DNA of 64,000 bases, from assembly GCA_907165135.1 (NCBI GenBank), contig OU015568.1, positions 9,114,001 to 9,178,000 on the forward strand. The letters run 5' to 3'. Positions 10,123 to 19,763 of the stretch are shown here, one piece after another. Each line of letters starts with the position of its first letter. Position 1 is the stretch's first letter. The position numbers were made by a program, and so were the translations under genes. The notes under the pieces were generated by a model, which was not told where the DNA came from, searched no databases, and saw only the letters and a program-made list of their open reading frames with translations. The DNA is from Oikopleura dioica (Eukaryota; Animalia; Chordata).

Positions 10123-13100
10123 ATGTCCGAGTTTGGCGTCTCTATGATGCCTGTTGAACCACCACCAGATGATTTATGCGCACTTGGTCCAGCGCCAAGC
10201 GTCATGAATATCGATTCTATTGATGCTGTGTCTAACTATGACTTTGACCCCAATGAAGCTCCTGTTAATCTTCTTCAAGTACCAAGGTTTTTATTCGTTC
10301 AAGATTGATTGAATTAAAGTTAATTTTGCATTTCAGTGTTCTTGATCTCGAGAGACTTGATAATCTAAATGAACCGCTTGGCACAGCTCCGTCAATTCTT
10401 AATATTGACACCATTTCTGTTTATTCCCACGATGAGGTTCAGGCGAATAACTCTGAACTGACTGATTTAACGGAGGTTTTTTATGGTCGAGTTCCAAGTG
10501 TGATGAATCTTGACCAGGGTTTCGAAAAATTGGCAGCCATGCGGCGGCGAGGATTTATTCATACTCCGCGCGCCCTTCGCTTACGGCCTCCATTCATTTT
10601 TCGAATCCACGCTCTGGCGGCAAAGCCAGCCGCTGGCCGCTGGATTCCACTGGAGACCGAATTTCAGCCTCGGATAATGTAAAATTCGGACTGGGTCGCG
10701 TTAACGCAAGATGAATCACCAAGTGGCCGCTGAACCCTGGCGGCCAGCGGAGGTGGGTCTCTAAGAGGTGGAAACCAAAAGAGTATGAGTGGGTTGTGGC
10801 TGCCGCCTGGCCTCGTATTTTTCGAGACCCTGATCTTGACCATATAAACACAATGAACGAATGCGTTCCAAGTGTACCGTCTTCATCAGATTTCGACATA
10901 ATGAACGGATGCGTTCCAAGTGTACCATCTTCATCAGATTTCGACATAATGAACGAACGAGCGCCTTCTGTGCCAGATATAAGTTCTCTTACGATTGATG
11001 AGGATTCAGAAATTCAATTATCGACGTCTTCAGTGAATGAATTAGGAGCGGAAGCAGATTGCTCTTCGCACCTGCAAAGTTATGGTCATGAAAATGTGAG
11101 TGAGGATATACAAGATTCCGACTACACTTACAATCATGTCAACGGGACAGAAATTCAAAATTCGATGGACACACCGGAGAATCAATATCTGCAAGATCAC
11201 GAAGAAACGATGGAAATGATAAAACAATCGCAAAATGGTCACCTTGAGGCGCTTACGAAAACTGAAAATGTCACACGATCACGCTTCCAAAAAATCGCAC
11301 GCAAACCAAGCACTCATAGACCAAGTCTTCTTGAGTGCAGTCGGACGAAGAATTTTCCATTAACCAGAACAAATTCTTCAACTCGTTCCCTAAGAAACGC
11401 GTTCAAGAAAGAATCAAAAGCAAAAACAACAGGCTTAAGGCAAGCTCTGGCAAGAAGTAGGCTCCGCGAGATCGCCGCATCGGTCGAAATCACCGATCAA
11501 CGGTCTGCAGACTCTCTAAGAGAGCTTAGTTTTCTATCAATGACTGATAAACTTGCCACGAAAATAATCAATGATGTGACAAAGATAATATCGTCAAAGA
11601 AAAAGTCAAAATTAGGTGATATTCTCTCAAAGGTATAATCGTTTTTTTTTAAGAATTTTCTAACATTCTTAAGCTGAAATCTTCTCCCGCTTTTACGGCG
11701 AAAGAAGCAGAAAAACTTTTTGCAAAGTTTTTAGTTAAAGAGCTTAATACAAAAAGGGTGGTAGGCGGCCTTTTGAACAGACCTTCAAAGAATGAAAAAT
11801 ATTTTACCTAAAAATTTTTCTATCTTTACTTGTCTGCCCAAACGACCGCTTACAACCCAATAGATACAATGGACCGACGTCTCGTCCATCGATTAAATTG
11901 TCCAATTATAAAGGTGATGGGTCCTAGCAGCGCTCAGGCCCGACCGTTCAGAGTATCATTTCAAAATCTCGATAGAGATCTCGGCGAGTTGATCCAGTGG
12001 TAGCACACCCCGGCCGGACGCGGGAAACCGTTGTTCAATCCCAGGACTTGTCTAGCTTTTTAGCTTGAGCGCTGTTAAAATCCATCAAAGGATACTCTTG
12101 TTGTCGTAAATGTGGAAATAATTTTCCAACATCTTCTACTGCCTCAGCATTTCATGATCATGTTAAAATATGCTCTGGTCGAGTCTGCACAGGAAAGATA
12201 ATAATTATCAGGATTGTCTAAGTATGCTGTGTTCTTATCAAAAATAAGATTGCAAAAAGCACTTTTCTTCTTTGGATTTATACAATAATCACCTTGGTAA
12301 CTGTACGGCTTCCGTCACAAGCAAAGACTATGATGTGAAGCTATTGAAGAGAAAAGATGCCTACAAATGCTGTGGAAGTCGTCCAACAAAACAGAATGGC
12401 CGGGTAAAACGACAGCATGAGATCAGACAATGCGTTTTGCCAACCTGCTTTATATGCTGCCAGAGGATCCCATTAGAGCATATTGAAGACCACGTGAGTA
12501 ATCACAAAGATGACTTCGGCTCCGGTCTAGTTCAAGCTGTTAGAGAAGAACCTGTCAGGGTGCAAAAATCATCTGAAGAGCCTTATCTTCTTGAAAATCA
12601 AGAGGCACCGCATTCATCAAAAAATTTGCCTACAGTGTTAACGAAAAATGTCGAGGCAAGTGAGCAGATGCTTTTTATGCCTCAAGAAGTCGGGATTCTA
12701 TCAAAATCAACGATAGAGCATTTGGATGCTGACGTTCGTCTCGAAAAAATATCACGCGCCTCTAGAGAAGAGGAAGGAAGTGTTGAACAGAACCAAGAGC
12801 AGGAACTAAACATTCAGCCTCGCTCTATTCTTAAAAAGAATAAAACGACGAATTCTGAGGAAGATGACTCTGATCCTGATTGGATAGATGAAAATCCCGC
12901 TGAGCGGCTTGAACTTGAAAAAGAAAACTTGATAGGTGCACTTGAAGAAATTGCCAGTACATCTTCCGTTCCAAGTATTTTGGAAGCTCTGTCAACTTTG
13001 AAAACAACCGAGGAAATTAAAAGTGAAATGCAAAACCTGAGTGAGCAGAATCAAAATACTCTCATCAAAATGCAGCTTTTACCAAGGTTTGTGAAGAGAA

Positions 13101-16100
13101 AATTTTATAAAAGAATAGAACAATTTATAAAAGATTATAATTCTAGTGAAATAATGAAAAATATGCTTGACAAATCAACTTGGAAAAATGAGAACGTGAT
13201 TTTAAAAGCGGTATTAAAAGAAAATAATTCGCAAGAAAGAATTCATGTTCTTTCCTCGACATTTGGAATTAAGGACCGGTCAAAAAGTCCAAAACAATAT
13301 TGATAGAGTAAATGGAAAAACACCCTATTATAAATATCGGAAAGTTGAGCGACCTCGCTTTAGAAAAAGAAACTGAAGAAGCTTGCAGATGAAAAAGAAT
13401 CTGGGGAAAATTATGCCAATTTCAATCAGATCAAAGCCGCGAATATTTCATTAGATTGGATTATAAAATTAATGAATTTTACGATCTCCATCATGTCTAT
13501 AATCCTATATTTGTTTCGGCAATAGACGCATTTCTTGACGAGAGAGCTTTCATTGATCCGAGTCAAAAGAAAGCAACTCTAAGGGAATCCTTAATTCTTG
13601 ACCGCACTGTCTTGAAATATCTTCGTGAAAAATGTGATACGCGAACCCATAAAATTGACTTGCTACGACCAACGACTCAGTCTCTGACCACTTCGAGAAG
13701 AATACTGAAAAAAACTCTTGAAGAACTTCACGCTGAATTTATTAGTGAATATCCACAGCTTACACACCTAACTTTGAAGGAGTTCAAAAGTATGACTCCA
13801 TTTTACTACATTCCGCCCTCACGTACAACGCAAGTTGTATGCGCCTGCGAGATAGGGTCTTAAATCGTGAATTATTATAAATTTATTGTCACTGTAATGG
13901 AAATCACACCATGATATGATTAAGACCATTTATTAGTCCTGCCTTAACAAGGGAACTTATGAGAAGGCTGCGCAGAGCCTTGGAAAGAAATTAGGACAGG
14001 AGACTCTTTTCTTAGATATCACAGTTCATCGCAGAATCCGTTAACAGGTCCTAACAAGATCTTGAGGATAAAAAAGCCCCCCTCCATAAGACGTTCCCGC
14101 ATTGGCAGGCTTCAATTTCAAAGAAATCTTGGAAAGGAGCACCTGTGCAACAACGGACAAACAATATTGTGTCACTGATCGTAAAAAGAAGACAAGTTGC
14201 TTTGTTCACCCAAAAAAATTCAACATCCTGCAGCGACTGCACTCACAAGAGTTGCGTTGGTCCGGATGAATTTATGGAAGACTTTGATCGAGAAATATTC
14301 GAAAAAGTCGTACAAATGCATCCTGACGAGACCGTTGCCTTTGACAGATTCGAACTCCTCAAAGCTGGAGTTAAAGCTGAGACAGCTTTTGTTTCTGGTA
14401 GCGAAACTCGCGGTAAAATGCCAATACGGCAATTCTTCGATCAGCTTAAAAGTATGACGAGAGAAACACTTGCCCATAGCATCGACAAGAGCAGAAATAA
14501 AGAAGATCTTAAAGTATATGAACATGGAGATGTTAAGCCAGGGAGTCTTCATCTTGAGCCGAGGGTCTTAAATTGTATCGAATGAATACGTCAAGTGTGT
14601 CTATAAGCAAGAACTTTCTGAGACCCGTGGAAAGCTTGACTACGCCTCGACGTTTGTTCTTCAAAATAATACTGCGTCACAGTTCGGGATCAGAAAATTC
14701 ATTAATTTCGCTTGGCTTGTTTACATGAACCCTAAAAATAGCATGAATATCTTCAAGCCGGGCGCCTTGGATTGAATTGTAACGTTTTAACGGCGGTCGC
14801 TCGATGGAATGAAAACGAAATACAAAAAATGCAATACTTTCATTTTCTTATGGAGAAGAAATTTGCCGGAGCGCCGATTGAGGCGGAAAAAATGATTGTT
14901 GAAAATTTTAAAAATCGAAACATAAATTTCACAGTCATTAACAGGATTTCTGAAAGGGTTCGAAAGGGTTAAAATTTGCATTTTAATGTTGACGATAATT
15001 CCATTATGGCTCGTCGGTAGGTAATGGTCTATTTCGATCTTGCGGATTTATAAGATCTTTGAATTTCCCGAACCCTGTTTTACATAATGCGAGCTCTGAA
15101 TTCAAATCGAGGGAACATTTTCACCATGCCATTTCAAATAACGATGGCCTGCGGAGAACTTATATTTTCAAAACCAGCCGCCATGGAAAAGGTATTTTTT
15201 CCGCGAAACTAATTCTAGAATTCTGAGGCCTCGTCGATGGCGCCCATAGTCACTGCGCTACCACGATAAAAAATGCGAAACTTGTAAATCGCTGTGGTAC
15301 TCTTGATGAATGCCTCGGATTCTTGAAGGAAAATGAGCAGAAGCTGCGGACAGAAGAAAAAGAAAAACGCGCAAAACAAAATTTTGCTGGGCGAGAATAT
15401 GCCATTCTCAAGAATAAAAATGAAGAGACCACGAAATCTTCCGTAAATCTCAACATACCGTCAATTAAATCGATTCGTATGATAAACTTCGACGCAGCAA
15501 GAGGAGCTCTTTATGCAAAAGACATAGTCTGCAGCTGCGATCTCTGTTCCAGTGGAAAAATTAGTCTCTGTGTTCGAAATTCTGGAAACACATTTTCCAG
15601 AAAAATCGGACAGAAAGACGGAACAATAATTATTGATAATAAAAATCAGCCTCAAAGAAGACCCGTCAATCTTCGAGAATTATCAAACAAACAAACAATC
15701 AGCGATTACGTCTACTCTGCAACAGATATTCAAGCTCAGTTAAGGGTTTTAACGACCGAACGTCATTAACTAAAACAGGGCTATATGCTCTAGAGAACCC
15801 TGATTAAGATTGCGCTCTTAAGATTAGAAAATACAAATAAAACAGTCAGTATCCTCTACCCTGTGGCCCGCCAAAGGTGTGACTCTAGAGCTTTAAAACC
15901 TAATTTTCTGTTTTTCTTAAGCGAAATATCAAAATCTTCTCTGAAAGCGGAAATTTCCAAAGTCCGGGGTCAAAATCGTTATCTTGTCCGAATTTAAAAT
16001 TCGAGAAACAGATTTTTGCTCATATCCTACATCTTCCGTCGGAAACATGACTCAAGGCACTTATAATGACCCAAGCCTTAAGAAACGAAAAAAAATTTGT

Positions 16101-16625
16101 GCACCATTATTGCTGTCATCAAAAGATGAAAACCACGCGGCACTCTTGATCGTTAATGTCAAATCTCGCTCAGTTACTGTCTATGATACAAATGGGGCTA
16201 TTGGAAATTATCAAAACGCCATTGATAGTTCGAAAAAAAAACTTCTTGATACTATTGGAAAAATTCTGAATGATCAGGGCCCTTGGAAGAAAAAACGCGA
16301 AAATGTTCCGCAAACGAATCGTGATTGCGCGGTCTATGTGCTCAACAGGTTAAAAAAAATCTTTAAAATTATTTGTTGCTTAAAATTATTTATAAAAATT
16401 ATTAAAGAATTGAGCAAGAATTCAAAGCTGGAACACCAGAAATAACATCGTCGAATATTCTTGAGATCAAGGAAAATCAACTCAAAAAAATTAAGTATGG
16501 CAATATTAATAAATACAGTTCATAAATTTAAGTCATTGGGTGTGCAATAAAACAACTCCATCAAAAAGAGTCGCACAGCATTCAAGTGAAGTCAATGCTG
16601 AATCGAAAAGAGTCCGTTTTTCCTG
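10123..16625 (+). CDS. Multi-exon Sola2-type DDD transposase with N-terminal repeats and zinc-finger-like motifs and a C-terminal Ulp1 (peptidase C48) domain; may start near 9584; possibly decayed
   Basis: Transposase-like motifs: TLEELHAEFISEYP..LKEFKSMTPFYY..VVCACE followed by a Cys cluster; LDYASTF (first Asp); IS/(D)NASSEFKSR (second Asp); YIFKTSRHGKG/LVDG (third Asp; HGKGxxDG is typical of Sola2); CSCDLC. Protease motifs: NHAALLIVNVKSRSVTVYDT...PQTNRDCAVYVL (His/Asp/Gln/Cys of C48 proteases). Confidence 0.72.
10515..10832. mobile_element. 318-bp hAT-type MITE inserted in an exon of the transposon gene
   Basis: TIRs CAGGGTTTCGAAAAAT / ATTTTTCGAGACCCTG (15 of 16 match). Perfect 8-bp TSD ATCTTGAC at 10507-10514 and 10833-10840. 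Removing the element restores VMNLDHINTMNE. Confidence 0.93.
10852..10975 (+). repeat. 48-bp coding tandem repeat (MNxCVPSVPSSSDFDI), about 2.5 copies
   Basis: ATGAACGAATGCGTTCCAAGTGTACCGTCTTCATCAGATTTCGACATA is repeated almost exactly. Confidence 0.85.
11983..12053 (+). ncRNA. tRNA-like (Gly/Asp-related) degenerate Pol III unit in a probable intron of the transposase gene
   Basis: 71 nt. GGCGAGT pairs with ACTTGTC (7-bp acceptor stem, two G-U pairs). A-box-like TGATCCAGTGG, B-box-like GTTCAATCC, T5 run at 12057-12061. Anticodon and T stems are imperfect. Confidence 0.55.
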
Positions 16626-16816
16626 ATCTGGAAATATCACGATTACATTTTTTTTCCTCGTTGTTAAATACAAATATTCCTAATTGTTAATTCTTGTTTT
16701 TGAAATTCTCTTTTCTGTGAGTAAAAGAAAGGCAAAAGAAAGAAGAAATCAAATCATTGAATTCAGAATGCTTATAATTTTTTTTTTATTGCCCGTGTGA
16801 CTATAAAATAAAACAG

Positions 16817-18760
16817 CCATTCTTCAATCAAATCCTGAAACACAGAAGATATTTAATATTTATCATCGATTCAAACTGTCTGTATGTTCTCATAACGGAA
16901 CATGGGTGATGCCTCGACACAGGTCAGAAAAATGAGCGCAATATCTATGTTAGAAAAATGGAAAACTAGTTAATTGAAAAATTGTTTTCTCCATCTTAAG
17001 CGTAAAATATAAGATCGGCTGCCCGTTTAGCGCCCCGTCGTTATATATTTTTCAGAGACCCGTCTAATCTGAACGATGAATTATATTCTTCGATTTTGTA
17101 GAGCTCCGACTTCTTCACTTTTAGTCTTCTATTTCACTTCTACTTTCCTTTTATTTCTAGTCTGAGTTTCAAAATAAATCTTTAGATTTTTATAGAGGGC
17201 TTTGAAAGAGTCGCTCTCATTCCGAGACTTTGACCAAGTTATCCCATTTTGATATTTTCAAATTGTTTGTATAAAAGAATAGGCTTTGATGATCATAAAG
17301 CAAAAATAATAAAGATAAAATCATTTACCGTTCAGATTTGACGGGTCTCTGAAAAAACGGTCATGGCGGGGCGCTAAACGGGCAGCCGCGCTCAGCCGAT
17401 GTTCTATCCATAATATCCATGTTCTATCCTTAATATCATACATTAGTTATGGAGTCTTTATGGTTCAAAGGGCATGAACGAGAGTGCTGGCGCCGACCAT
17501 GTTTCTTCGGATACGAAAAACAAATTTCCTTCTCGGAGATTCACAGGACTGTTTGAATATAAAAAGATGATAGAACAGTTAGGTCTACGCGGAAAAAATA
17601 CTTTAATGGGGGCGTCCTTATGGAGAGATAATTTTGAACACATTTTCTTAAAGCTCTTGATATGCCTGTTCAGAATCGCGAATAAACATCATATCGGGGG
17701 TATTGGGAATTCGAGAAAAATTCGATTTTATGGTTTGTGGGCCTCTTTTCGGCGGCCATCATATCTATATCCCGATGCCCCCGATACAATTTTTAATCGC
17801 GATTCTGAATGAGCATCTTGAGATCTTTAAGTAGACGCGTAAAAATTTTCAAAATATGAGGGTGCGACCTGCTTTTGGTTTTCCGCGGAGTCCCCTTATA
17901 TATGTGTTTCATTAGCTAAAGTAAGAAATTATTCAAACACCACTTTAGATAAAATATTTCGGAAAACACAAATTAAAGAAAAAAAACTGGATTATTACGT
18001 CATATTCTGGTGCCTGTTTAACTGAATTAGCAGTCCTGATGAAAGTAGGACAAATCTGCGATGAGGAAAGAAGACCAATTCTTCAAATCAAGAGCCGGAA
18101 TGCCTGGAACTATGGTGAAAATCTACCGGAGAGATTTTTATGCGAAAATTGCCATACAAATTGTCATTCGCGCGTCTCCGGAACAGTTCTAGTCTATGCT
18201 GGACACAACAATATTCTGAAGGCATCAACACTGGCATTCCAAGATGTTGACCTAGATAAAGCAATTCAGGATAGTTCTTTCTCTATCTAAATCGTCGCAA
18301 GAACATTTTTTTTATCTATGTCCGATTATAAAGATAATTAACAAAATAAAAATAAAAGAACTTTTCAAAGGTTTTACATAGAACCCTTACATCGCTGTTT
18401 ACGAATGCAAGAAAAATCCTCTTTGTTCAACCTTTTCCACTTGCTAAGCCGCTTAGAACAATTGAAGAATCAACACAAAAATGGCTCAAGAAGATATTAA
18501 GTGCAAAAGTACCTAGCTTAGCTAACTATTATCGAGTAAAACAGGAAGAGGTTTTCATTTAATTGGAAATAGAACTAAAAAATTGAATGTTTTTGAGTAC
18601 CGATTCTTCAGAAGCCTCAAACAGCATTTTTTTTCGCCAGATAAAGTTCATCTGAAAGACAATTATGCTCGTCAATTAATCGTCTCAATTATTCAGGTAA
18701 AATTGAGGATACTCATAGAAGCTTAGATTTAAGGACCCTGCCCCCGGCATCATTCTTTTC
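16817..18760 (+). CDS. SGNH/GDSL hydrolase-like cargo gene inside the transposon, spliced, with MITE-like insertions in an intron
   Basis: Block I-like YLIFIIDSN (exon 16817-16881, bounded by AG and GT). Block III-like VLVYAGHNNI. Strand motif KILFVQPFP. Block V-like FSPDKVHL (about 18631-18654). Confidence 0.55.
17014..17400. mobile_element. MITE with ~55-bp imperfect TIRs
   Basis: CGGCTGCCCGTTTAGCGCCCCG..TTTTTCAGAGACCCGTC (from 17016) is mirrored by GACGGGTCTCTGAAAAA..CGGGGCGCTAAACGGGCAGCCG (ending 17388). TSD unclear. Confidence 0.8.
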
Positions 18761-19284
18761 GAAAAATGGATATTAAGCAAACAAGTCCTTAAATAAAGAA
18801 TATTTTACAGTAACTTCAAATATCTTACTATCTGAAATCTTTGCCTTTTAAATTATTTTTAATAGAGCGTCGAAAAACAAATTTTAACAGCGAATGACAG
18901 TTATGCAGAACCACGGAGTCTTCCTAAACGAAAGAAAGGTATTTATAAACATGAAAAATATGGTCGAAATCCTCAGTGTTAAAGTTTCAGATCGTCAAAC
19001 AATCTTCTTTGACTGCTCTAAACTCTCTCTTATGCCGTCGAGAAAAAAAAGTAATTGCTTGTATCTTTATTTTTTTAAATTTTAAAAATATTAAGGAAAT
19101 TTTCATCGCAGAATGCCTGGATTTTCTGACTGAGAAGATTTTTAAAAGAAGAACAAAACGAGAAGGAACAAACACAACATGCCTCATTCTTTTTAGTTTA
19201 AAGTGCTTTTACATTTGCATCTTACACATATGCACGGTATAAAAATTATTTTTTGTTTTTAAAATTGATAAAATAATCGTTTTC

Positions 19285-19763
19285 ATGTTTCAAATAAATA
19301 AAAATATGTAATTTACCGGCTAAAAAAAGGTGACCTCAAATGACCTCAGATGACCTCAAATGACCTCAAGTGACTTTAGAGCATTATTTGATTAATTTTT
19401 TGTAGTTTGTAATTAAATAAAAGTATATGCTTTATATTTGCAAAATTAATGCAAAACTAATCCTCAAAAAAAAATTTTTGCAGCCCAAATGTTGCCCGAT
19501 CTGCTTCAATTTTCGCGAGCACATAGATTCGACTATAGAGTTTCCGAAAAAAAATAGAAAAAAAAATTTGTTATGGAAAAATTTTGCTCTACGAGCAGTT
19601 AAAATTTCGGAATTTCCACCTCTGACAAGTCCAAATCTCGAAAATTTCAAAGATTTGGGCAGACTGTAAAAACGTTTTTTATACAGTTTGAGAAGCTCTT
19701 TCAGATGAGCCATTCAGAAAAAAAAATTTTTTTTTCACCCTGCCACAATTGGAGACTTCTACC
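19285..19763 (-). repeat. Right terminal inverted repeat with four TGACCT units plus one variant
   Basis: TGACCT at 19331, 19341, 19351 and 19361, TGACTT at 19371. The remainder mirrors 6147-6625. Confidence 0.92.

Larger units (their letters stand above)
6147..19763 (+). mobile_element. ~13.6-kb cut-and-paste DNA transposon, Sola2-like, with long TIRs and cargo genes
   Basis: 6147-~6625 (GGTAGAAGTCTCCAATTGTGGCAGG...) is the reverse complement of ~19285-19763 (...CCTGCCACAATTGGAGACTTCTACC) with scattered mismatches. The internal spliced gene has Sola2-type transposase motifs. The TSD is ambiguous: AGA/AGA (3 bp), or AGCA/ACCA (4 bp) if the ends lie 2 bp further out. Confidence 0.85.

Noticed and set aside
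17440-17900. Possible further MITE ending GGAGTCCCCTTA, and the 112-aa ORF within it
   Set aside because: No matching left terminus or TSD was found, and the ORF has no recognisable motif.
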